Source of the DNA: Spizellomyces punctatus DAOM BR117
Lineage: Eukaryota
Assembly: GCA_000182565.2 (NCBI GenBank)
Contig: KQ257460.1
Direction: 5' to 3' (one strand)
DNA: 64,000 nt
Position 1 is the first letter of the stretch; each line of letters opens with the position of its first letter. A program made the translations under genes and the position numbers. Below are positions 11,214-21,205 of this stretch, one piece after another. Under the pieces are notes generated by a model. The model was not told the origin of the DNA, did no database searches, and saw only the letters and a program-made list of their open reading frames with translations.

Positions 11214-12053
11214 ATGGCCAACTTTGCCTACTACACGGACCGAACACCCATCATTGAGCTCCCCATCACCCGCACCAAACGCCTCCTAGCGACTCAAAGC
11301 AAGTTCCTCCGAGCCCTCGCAACAGCCCTCGTGGCCAAAAAGCACACCACGGATGCCTCGTCATTTGCAGCAGCAGCAGCCGCTTTAACGACATCCCCCC
11401 ACGCCATCGCCGTGACACATAAAAGTTTTTTACGATCAATCATGACGGCTAGTGCAGCTGGACGAACGCCTGCACATGTTCCAGCGTTGACGACACAAGA
11501 ATTGATTCGATTGTTGGGTGGAACAGAGTATTCTCGGACGAAACAAAAGACGGATGTCTGGTCAGCACTTGAACGGGTTCTTCGAGCGGCTTTGGCGGTT
11601 ACAAAAGAGTGTTTGACTAACCCGTGGGTGGATGTTGGGTTGGTCCTTGTGGCTGTTGTGACGCTTTCTTGGATCTATGGACGTAAACCCTCCTCGTTAC
11701 CCGAATCCGATGCGGAATCCGACGTGGAATCCGATTCTGAATCCGATGCCGATTCTGAAAAATCATCACCAATACCTAAAGACCAAACCCACCTCCTCCA
11801 CACCCTCGAAACCCTCACAACAGCTCACAACCACACTCAAACACTCCTAGACTCCCTCACAACCTCTCATACCGCCCTCCTCTCCCGTGCCGCCAATCTG
11901 GCGACTGCACTGGAAACGAGTTTGGCACATGCGAGACAACTGAGTGATCGGCTTGTGGAATCGCAAACGAGGATTGAGCGCCTTGAGGAGGAGAATCGGA
12001 CTTTGGTTGCGAGGTTGCAGGGGGAGGAGGAGTGGGAGGTTTTGGGTGGGTGA
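11214..12053 (+). CDS. Uncharacterised single-TM coiled-coil protein
   Basis: 279-aa intronless ORF with TM (VDVGLVLVAVVTLSWIYG), acidic ESDA/ESDV repeat, heptad coiled coil and terminal EEEWEVL. Confidence 0.7.
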   Translation: MANFAYYTDRTPIIELPITRTKRLLATQSKFLRALATALVAKKHTTDASSFAAAAAALTTSPHAIAVTHKSFLRSIMTASAAGRTPAHVPALTTQELIRLLGGTEYSRTKQKTDVWSALERVLRAALAVTKECLTNPWVDVGLVLVAVVTLSWIYGRKPSSLPESDAESDVESDSESDADSEKSSPIPKDQTHLLHTLETLTTAHNHTQTLLDSLTTSHTALLSRAANLATALETSLAHARQLSDRLVESQTRIERLEEENRTLVARLQGEEEWEVLGG

Positions 12054-12294
12054 TAATATTATGGGGTTTTTGTAGGAGAGTTTTTTTTTTTTTTGTATAC
12101 ACATGTGGTCGTTTTTGAATGGGGTTAATGTATAATCAAAAAGTTTCGTATTTTCTTTTTTTTTATGGTTAAAAAAAATATCTTGAGCGTCACCGACAAA
12201 TGTCCTTTTGCATTGACTCTTTTTCGACTTTTATAGAGCAGGGTATACACAGACGCCGACTGTCGTGAAATCAGGTCATCTAATGTTCAGACAC

Positions 12295-13030
12295 TACGAT
12301 CTGGGTGAGTTGGAAGGGCTGGGTTCTTTTGGAAAGGTTATTCTGGGAGTCCCAACCGTCTTTGACCCCAACATTTATCCTATCTGCAGATCCATGCCCA
12401 AACACGACATGTAGTGATGCGTTTATCACTTTGTTGGAGTTTGGGGGGGAATGGTTGATGGCTAAACGCTGATTGGCAATCGATTGTCATGGTTCTATAG
12501 TCGCTAGTTGAGAGTCTGTTTATGTGATGGTTTAACGTCTACAGTGCAGCTGGTAGTTGTGAGTTTTTAGCAACTTTTGGATGACCGTTTTTCAGTTTCA
12601 ATATAGGCCAAATTCTCTACATCGAACTAGACACCACCTTCAAACTAAACCATTTTGAAAATGTAATACTCACCGCTAAAAGAATTTTATATTTGGGCTC
12701 CTTTTGTGTTAGTATGACGGGGAGCAGTACATGACCACCTTCCAATATTCAACACAGATATGATTTTTACGACGACGACTGCAGGAATGGTGTTGTGGTG
12801 CTTCCCATTGTACATTTTTAACATGGGAGTGCACATCGTAGACGTTTTTTGGGGGGTATGAAACGATAGTTGGAATTTTTGTCTAGCTTTGAATTGAGAG
12901 GTTCGTTAAAAGAGAGTCCCCTGTCTGAGAGTGTATGTTTTACGAGGCCAGGGTAAACATGCTGACTATGGCAAAGCGATCATGTTTGGTTGTTAACGTC
13001 GGTGATATATAGCTTGTGTTCTACATTGGC
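12295..13030 (+). pseudogene. Decayed Ser/Thr protein kinase gene
   Basis: YDLGELEGLGSFGKVILG (Gly-rich loop) at 12295-12348, an HRD-like remnant near 12830 and a YGKA..VW....VIYSL subdomain IX-like remnant at ~12967-13016; no continuous ORF. Confidence 0.55.
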
Positions 13031-13908
13031 CGTGCACATCTTTGCAGTGTGTGAGGTTGTATGGGGGGACGCGCAGCTAAGCCTTTACTCAAGCGTGTGT
13101 GTGCAAACGATATTCATTGTTGATACATTCGTAAAGGCATCGTTCTCATAAAAGATCTTGAAAGGCCTCAAAAGTCGTAAAGATATGTCAACAGTCTTTT
13201 ACTTTCACTCCTTTGTTGACCATTCTAAAAGACTTGATTCTCAGAGTGGCTTCTTTAAACGCGTTTTTTTGGTTTTCCTTGCAAGTTTCTTTGAGATCAA
13301 GGGTACGTTTCTTTGGCTTTTATTTCCTTGTTTCGTGATTTCTGGTTGGAATTTCTGTATACAAGGGTAGTTTGAACGATATTTTCAAATAAGGCTATGT
13401 AAGTATGGAATGTGGTGTTTACTTACTGGTATCGTAAAAGGTGTGTTCAACTTTTGTGGAAAAACAAAATATGCAGCTCTTGTGATTTGTTTTTTATAGG
13501 ACAAGCAAGCTGCTTTTATATGGGTTTTGTTGCAGGACTTGAAAGAGTCATGTACATCTAGATTCAACTTTTCAATGGTCTTGTGGGTTGTCGTGGTTCT
13601 TTTGGTACATGATGCCTTTCATGATGGATATGTGAAAGAAATGTGTATGGTTCATGAAAATGAACTTGACACCATTTAGGACAGCATGAAATGAAAATGG
13701 GTATACTACGACCTGTTGTCAACAAGACACAAAAAAACTTGTATTCATACTAGACGATAAAGCTTGACTAGGGTATTTTTCTTGTTTTTTTGGGGGCATC
13801 ACAGTAAACCTCATTATACACACACAACAAAAACAGAAACCGACATCCTCGACCAGATCTACACTCGTTTTTTCCTCACACACACCAAAAAACCTCTTCC
13901 AACACAGA

Positions 13909-15143
13909 ATGCAAACGTTATACCACCGAACATGGGACACCCGCACAGAACAAATATCCATCCTCACCTCCCTCTTCACCAGTAACGTAAACCAAAACCC
14001 ACAAAAAAGTACAACTTCCAAAATTCCATCCTAACAAACTCACATAGTCCTAGGCTTCACCCTCCAACTCGCCAACACCTTCTACGCCATAAAACATACC
14101 ATCCGCCGTCCAACCCCCTACAACCACTCACTAGCTCTCTGTTACATTCTCTACGGGGCATCCTTTATACCTCTCATGCGTACGTCAAACAATATCGTCT
14201 TTCATTATGATGTATTGTTATTGAATTTTAGAGTAGTGTCTACGACACCGACATTGGAATTAGGAGATCGGGGACAAGATCCAGGGGATCCGAATCATGC
14301 TGCCTTTTTGGCTGTTCAAAGGCTTGTTAGGGCTTGGATGGGGTTATATGCTGTATCGACTTTGGGGTATTTGGTGTTGGTGCAGATGAGGTTTAGGGTT
14401 GTTAAAGCTGTTTGGAGATATCGGGATGAATGGGTAAGCTCTTTTTCTTTTTTTTCAAACGTTAGTGCTTTTGGGTAAAATGTGCTGGGCTTTTTAATGT
14501 GTTTTTTTTTTTGCAGGACTGGGCATTTATTGGTCTAACTCTCTCCATCTGGATCACAACAACCGTACTAAGTCTCATTCGCACCTCCCAACCCTTTACA
14601 TCCGCCGGCTGGACCCTCTACGCCCTCCTCATCGACCACATTCTCTCCTTTTCCTTCATCTACAGTCTATACAGTGTTCGAAGAGCAGCAGGCGGCGCAC
14701 GACAAGCCCAATGGAAACGAGTTGTAACGGCCCTAATAGTGATTTGTGTGGTAACGTGGGTGTGTTTGGGGTTACTTGTGATTGGGAATACGGCTTTTAG
14801 ATATGATCAGGGGATTCGGACTTTGATGTTTAGAGTTGGGTATGCGTTTACGCCGTTGGAGTTTTCGGGGGCTTTGGTAGTGTTACTCCATTGTCGGTTT
14901 TTTTTTGTGGGTTTTTGGGTTATTAACTTTTGGTTGTGATAGGTTTTTATTTATAATGCCAAATCCCTCGTATCACCCGCAGAACCGCCCAAACAACCAC
15001 CCAAACCAACCCCCCAACTCCCCAGATCGAAATCAGTCCGAACATTGGAGGATATTACGGCGTCTGGGTCTGGTATGCCCCCTCTACCCATGTCAAGTCT
15101 AAAGAGTCAGAGTACGGATGTGGAAGGATTGAAAGGGGAATGA
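13909..15143 (+). CDS. Seven-transmembrane (GPCR-like) protein, 5 exons
   Basis: Exons ~13909-13981, 14048-14178, 14232-14432, 14517-14876 and 14943-15143, joined by GT-AG introns, give seven hydrophobic segments and a Pro/Ser-rich tail. Confidence 0.7.
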
Positions 15144-15311
15144 AACTGATAGATTACTTTATGTAAAAGTGTTAATGATCAACGTAATTAAAACCATTGG
15201 ATGAGTTGGGCAGTAGCTCCGTTTTCTTTGAACCGGTCTTGCTTCACTGCATTCGTCCCAGATTCCTGCATAGACAAAAAAATAATTCTAGAGTGCAAAC
15301 AATATAGTATA

Positions 15312-16915
15312 TCATCCATTCAAGATTATATTACATTCCGATGTCCACGATGGGGGCGACACTGAGGGAACTCCTCCTATGGCTTTCCATATCACTCTAA
15401 ATCGACTCTTATCTGATATACTACTTTTGATTGTGCCATTCGTGCCAAGTACTTTTACTCTGTTGCAAACATGTTCATTCTGTTCAATGGCCACCCATAC
15501 CCCGTAATGCCACTTTTCAAACAACTCATCCCTTTTCCGCTCATGTAACGTCCAGCATCCACGGATTAAATCGAGGCAAGCAAGTCGATTGGAACTAGAC
15601 CATAGCATGAGCATCGTTTCATCGTCCTTGACGTGTAGACCACCATATGTTCGAATAAAGCTTTCCATTAAATTGATCTCGTGAGCCACGTTTCCTGTAG
15701 CCAGGTCAACTACTGTCACCAATTGTCCATCATCGGGCGCTCGCACAACCAGACAGTAAAAACGGGTCATAACCAGAAAGATGACATCTTGAACCCCCGA
15801 AAGAGCCGGCACAGACCGGACTAAATCACCGGTCACAACAGACCTAAACTCTAATCCAAAAACCGGCGTATCTTGCGCATTGTCTATGGGTCCAGCCTCT
15901 GCATCAAGACGAGACCCATATGCGCATGCAACTAGGGAATCATTCAATGCGACGTCCACGACGTGTCCGGGGAGTTGTGCATTCCAAGATAATATAGGTT
16001 GCGACGGACACTTTACATCCCAAAGACGAACAATTCGGCGTGCATCGACGGTTTCAGACTCATCATCTGACCAACGGGGATTAAAACACGCGTAAAGGTG
16101 TTCATAGAGTTGGCCCTGACAGTATTCATCATCTATGGCACGAAATCGACCTTGTCGATCCGTATGTCGAGGATCCCAAAAGCTCATCCATCCCATCCCT
16201 TCGTGAACGGGTATCAATGTGGAATGAAAAACGCGTTGGAGTCGTGGTGGGTGTTGAAAAGATGTTGCGGGGAGTTTAATGGACGGTGCTGAAATAGATG
16301 ATGCGCGGATATCAAATGTGCCGATATGGGATATGCCTGTTATGGCGTATACAATGTGAGGTCCTACAGCTTGGGTTTGTATGTAGTCCCGGGTTTCTGA
16401 TGAACTGTACGAGTCCATTACACTGACTTTTGATCGTCGATCTTTGTTGTGGCCTGAGATACAATAAAAGCATTAGCTTTGTGTGCATGCAGTATAAACT
16501 TGAGAAATCCCTCCGCAAATCGTCAGTCCATCCATCTACATACAAATATTGCATTTCGTTCGTTCCAACTCTGTCTCAACTCACCAGTCGTGTCCACCAC
16601 CACCTCCCCAACAATAGTCGGAGCCTCCTGCAAGTATTCCGCAGGATCATGCAACCTTCTCGACTCTGCCGTAAGTTTTGGTAACACTTTATCCCACGCA
16701 TGTTTTAGCCGTACGATATCTTTCCAAGTCTCCCATTCGAGTCGGTGAGGAAGTCTTCCGTTGACAGGTGACAATGCCGCCGCAAAAGCGCACCAGAGAT
16801 GGTTTTCATTCTGTATTAGAAGTGAACTCCAATCTCGACAGACACGTTCGCATCGGACCAGAGAAATAGAGTCTAGATAGCAAAAGACCCTAAGCGCAAT
16901 TTCTGGTAGATCCAT
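15312..16915 (-). CDS. F-box protein with beta-strand-rich (propeller-like) C-terminus
   Basis: LPEIALRVFCYLDSISLVRCERVCRDW F-box; WD-like VRLWDVK in the downstream 368-aa ORF; junction between the two ORFs near 16420-16525 not resolved. Confidence 0.8.
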
Positions 16916-17059
16916 TGTGTAAGATTTGGAGCACACAAACGGGCTCATTTCCAACAGTTGGACCACCAACTCACGGGATATTTGTGGGGTAGATGAGTCA
17001 TCAACCTCCAGATCACAACAGTTGAGCGCCCTTATGTGGGTTGGACCTTCACGTTCACC

Positions 17060-20000
17060 ATGACCAATGCTAAGGTGACGGGACTGTTACCAATAAAGCA
17101 ACAAAAGGGGATACAAACAGGTTCATTCGCCGTTACGGGTGGTATTGCACGGGACTCTTTTGTCATTCCGGAAACAAGTGTATATAATCCACCGCCTGGA
17201 CCACCTCCCGTGGCCGTATACCTTCCCCCACCTGGTCCACCACCTCCAAATACAATACCTTTTACTTCTCTGCCACCATCCGCTCAACCACTTCGTGAGA
17301 CGTTTAATAACAGGATACCCGGCGGAATAGAAGTGGATATTCGGTCCGCAGGATTAGGCGTCATGCGCATACTCCCTGACGAGACCATAGCAGAAGGGGT
17401 GCTATCCTTGCTGAATGCCCAGGTATCCTGTCGCGTATACAATTATTGCTCCATGCATCTGGCAGGTAGAATTCTTACAAGGTGACCTTTTTTTGTTGAA
17501 CGCTGCCAGGATTTGGTGACCCTATCAAATGTCTCGCGTATTTTATATATTTTTGCACGAGATGATCAACAATGGCGACGCATCTGTTTGGAGAGATGGG
17601 GACGAGCTGGATCCGTTTCTGGAGGTCTTGTTTTCAAGGGTACCTGGCGGCTTACATACTATTTCCCTGGCACGATGAACGAGAGTTTTCGCGAAAAGTT
17701 TGAATTTGCGCGGGTACATGCTCATTGTTCATTAACTGTTGATGGTGAGCAACCTGATTATAGTCGGCGGCCCTTTACTCCTTGATAAACATGTGCGACT
17801 CTTAGGTCTTGTTTCTCCGTATCTTCATGCCAAGTGGTGCCGCTGCCATATGGACCTATCTCGGTTCCACGTTGATACAAAACTGACTACAGCGGAAACC
17901 ACAATTGAGCGAGTGTCTGGACGCACTCTTACAGCTGTGCAATTTCAGTCCCGCTATGAGTCATTATCGAAGCCTATTGTCATTGCAATGGACGGCATCG
18001 CGAGCAGCTGGCCTGCTTTGACGACCTGGTCCTTGAAAGCGCTACTTACAAAGGTACGAAAGCAGCCCACTGTTTGGTGTCATTACAGGTTGTCTGATCT
18101 AGTAGCATCGTAAACAAACAGTATGGAGATATTCACTTCAAAGTGGGTAATGAGTACGGGCATCCACGAAAAGTCGGGATGAAGTTCTCGTCATATGTGG
18201 ACTATATGCTCCAACAAAACGATGAGTCTCCTCTGTACGTCTTTGATGACCGTTTTGCGGAGAAAGCGCCAGATATGCTGCGCGATTATGAAGTATGTAA
18301 GGTTGAACGACACGGTATTGCGAGGTGATTGCGGGGCTTATAAAAGACTTTATGGTAGGTACCTTCAATATTCGCGGAGGATTTTTTATCTGTTCTTGGA
18401 GAGGAGCGCCCGCCTTTTCGATGGTTGGTGATAGGACCTGCACGCTCAGGTGTGTACACCCTGAATCATCTGAAAAGAGTGACCCCCTAAATACTTGGGT
18501 GTACAATATCCAATAGGAGCATCATGGCACATTGACCCGCTGGGCACTTCGGCATGGAATACCCTCTTATCTGGCCGCAAAAGATGGGCATTGTACCCTC
18601 CCGACAAGTTGCCCCCGGGAGTTCATCCAAGCGATTTGTCCTCACCTTCGACACTGTACTGGTATCTTGAAGTATACCCTTTCCTTCCGCCAGAACTCAA
18701 GCCAATAGAGATTGTCCAGGAACCGGGGGAAACGATTGTGGTTCCTGCGGGATGGTGGCATGCAGTATTGAATTTGGATCAATGCAATATTGCTATTACA
18801 CAGAATTGGTGTGGGCGATGGAATTTGGATGGTGTTGTTGAGGAAATGGCCAGTTCTTTGGAGAACAAGTACCATAAAGTAAGTTATAGATGTGAGATGA
18901 ATGTATGACTGGCGTTTTACTGACTGTCCGCTGCTCTTGGCAATATTCAAGCTATATTGGAAATTTAGGCAGCGCATGATAGAAGAACACCCGAATCTCG
19001 GTTTTGTTTTCGATTCTTTTGGACGCACCACCGACCCACTCATCCTTGCCGAGGGATATGCCACAAAGGGGGAGTTTTGCCAGGGGTTTACGTCAGAACC
19101 GGCAAAATGGATACCGAGAATTAATCAGGTATGGGAGCGGGAATTCGGTCATGAGGGGCCTGTGGAAGAGGAGGATGTCGAGCCTATGGAGCATCTGGGA
19201 GAAAATCCGGTAGGAGCTGTATTTTTGAGACCTCTTTCAACCCGCCAAAGAAGCTGATGATGAACCGCTTCAGATTTATTTCCATTTTGAGAGCGAGCGC
19301 GTCATCAAGTTTTATTCGCACTTGGGTCGGGGTCTGGTGTCCTATGCATCCGAGGTAGACGCCTTGACGTCCATAGGGGCACTTCCACAAACCAGCCTAC
19401 TGCATGCTGTCTGTCCACAGATGGTCGCTCACGGCATGCTTTTCAAACCAGGCCCATCATCGTGGCCTTGGCCATATGGCATCCAAACGCACGTAGGTTC
19501 TGAAGAGTCACATGCAATGGGGGAGTCTGCAAATCTATTTACCCCCGGTGATTGGATTAACTTGACAAACTGGATTGGAACCGTTTTACGAGAATTACAT
19601 CGCACGCCCGTCCGGCAAAGTAAGATTATCCTTCAGGGTGAGGATACCACGTCCCGGGATTGGACAGTATACCTGCGCAAAAGGATCAAAGCCGCGAGAA
19701 GAGATCACACCCGATGGGGGCACCTCCCATCCGCTTTGATCAGTACCCTGGAAGACTATATCCAACAAGCTTTACCAGCGATATCCCCCAACGTGTCTGA
19801 CCTCGGGTTTCCAAGTGCAAATCTCCTTCATGGGGACCTGACTGCTGGAAACATTATCGGACACTGGAAACTCGATCAAACCTCCCAAAGAAACAACTGG
19901 GTACCTACCCATATCATTGACTTTGGGGATGCATTTCTTGCTCCTTCCGACAGCGACATCCGACTGGACCCCTTGTGGGACATGGCGTTTTTGTATGTGA

Positions 20001-20224
20001 CGACATTACGATGCCAGGTATCATTACTGCATAGACTTTTGGATATTTATTTAGGATGCAGTAGCTGGAGATCAAAGTGGAGCTGGATTAGAGAGAGAAT
20101 GTGTGCGTACGTTCTTCTTTGGAGTTATGAAGCGGGTATTAAAGGAATTAAAGGGAATGCGGGCATCCCCGATGGGATAGATAATTGGCATGAGTTTGAA
20201 GTAAAAGTGTTTGGAGAACTATAA
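17060..20224 (+). CDS. F-box + JmjC (JMJD6-like) + APH/choline-kinase-like phosphotransferase protein
   Basis: F-box LPDETIAEGVLSLL; JmjC GASWHIDP...GRKRWALYPP...QEPGETIVVPAGWWHAVLN with an intact HxD...H triad; C-terminal LLHGDLTAGNI and IIDFGDA. Confidence 0.88.
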
Positions 20225-20383
20225 TTTATTCCTATATTCACGTCTCAGGCCAAACATTGTCGACAACGTCTGCTGTCCAACTTGCGAGTATAAATAGTGT
20301 AGAGGTGACAGAAACTGGCACTAGCTACTACACCAGCGAATAAACCGGCGACAACCGGTTCGGAAAAGCCAACTAAGCTACTA

Positions 20384-20759
20384 CTAGGCAATTATACACG
20401 CAATACGTAACGGTTGTTCTAACCGGATAATTGCCCACCACCACACGCGGTCCCTACTAGGCCTTGATCTGGAACTCTTGATGGCATTGAAGCCAGACTC
20501 TTGCATCCAGGAGCGAATCGACTGGGCAGCGTCACAAGCCAGAGGATGTTCAGTAACGAAGGCTTGGAGACTAAAAACTGCATGTTAGCCAGATGACCTG
20601 ATGACAGAATGACAAATGCCATCAATACATACCAACCAAGCTCAACAAGTGTGGCAGCATAATAGCAGCTTTGTTATCAGATCCGATTGGTTGCTGCTGG
20701 TTCTGATCACGGTTGCTGTCGGGCGGTCGAGGTCCTCGGCACCAGAGCAGTATTCTCAT
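20384..20759 (-). CDS. Possible small 2-exon orphan gene (~106 aa)
   Basis: TATAAAA ~85 nt upstream, CCACCATG start context, intron 20578-20632 (GTATGT...CTAAC...CAG) that leaves the frame open to TAG at 20384. Confidence 0.3.
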
Positions 20760-21205
20760 GGTGGACTGAGATTTGTTGGGCAGATGCTTAGAGTCGAGGA
20801 TGGGTAAAGAGGAAAGAGGGAAGAGGGAGAAGGTCCCCTTTTTATAGACCTTTGGCATGCGCCTCACCGCAGTTTAAAAAAAAAAAAACATTACATGCAT
20901 GCCACACCGCTGCATGCCACACCAATCTGAGCGATAGAGGGGGTTCTGATTATGCGATAAGATTAACCGGATTATCCGGATAACAATGAGTCTTAGTGCC
21001 ATTTTCAATCACCTCCACACTATGATTAGGCAATGATCGCCAAGCCCCATTCTGCGTCACCCAGCGGAGGACTGTCCACCCGTGCTTTGCTGGCATTAAC
21101 AATTGCACACTATCTCAGCAAGATCTGGGACCATTGTCCGCCCAGCACGCAGTCCCACAGCTGTCTTGTGAGCTTAGAGAACCCAAGAACGTGGGATTTG
21201 CCAAC

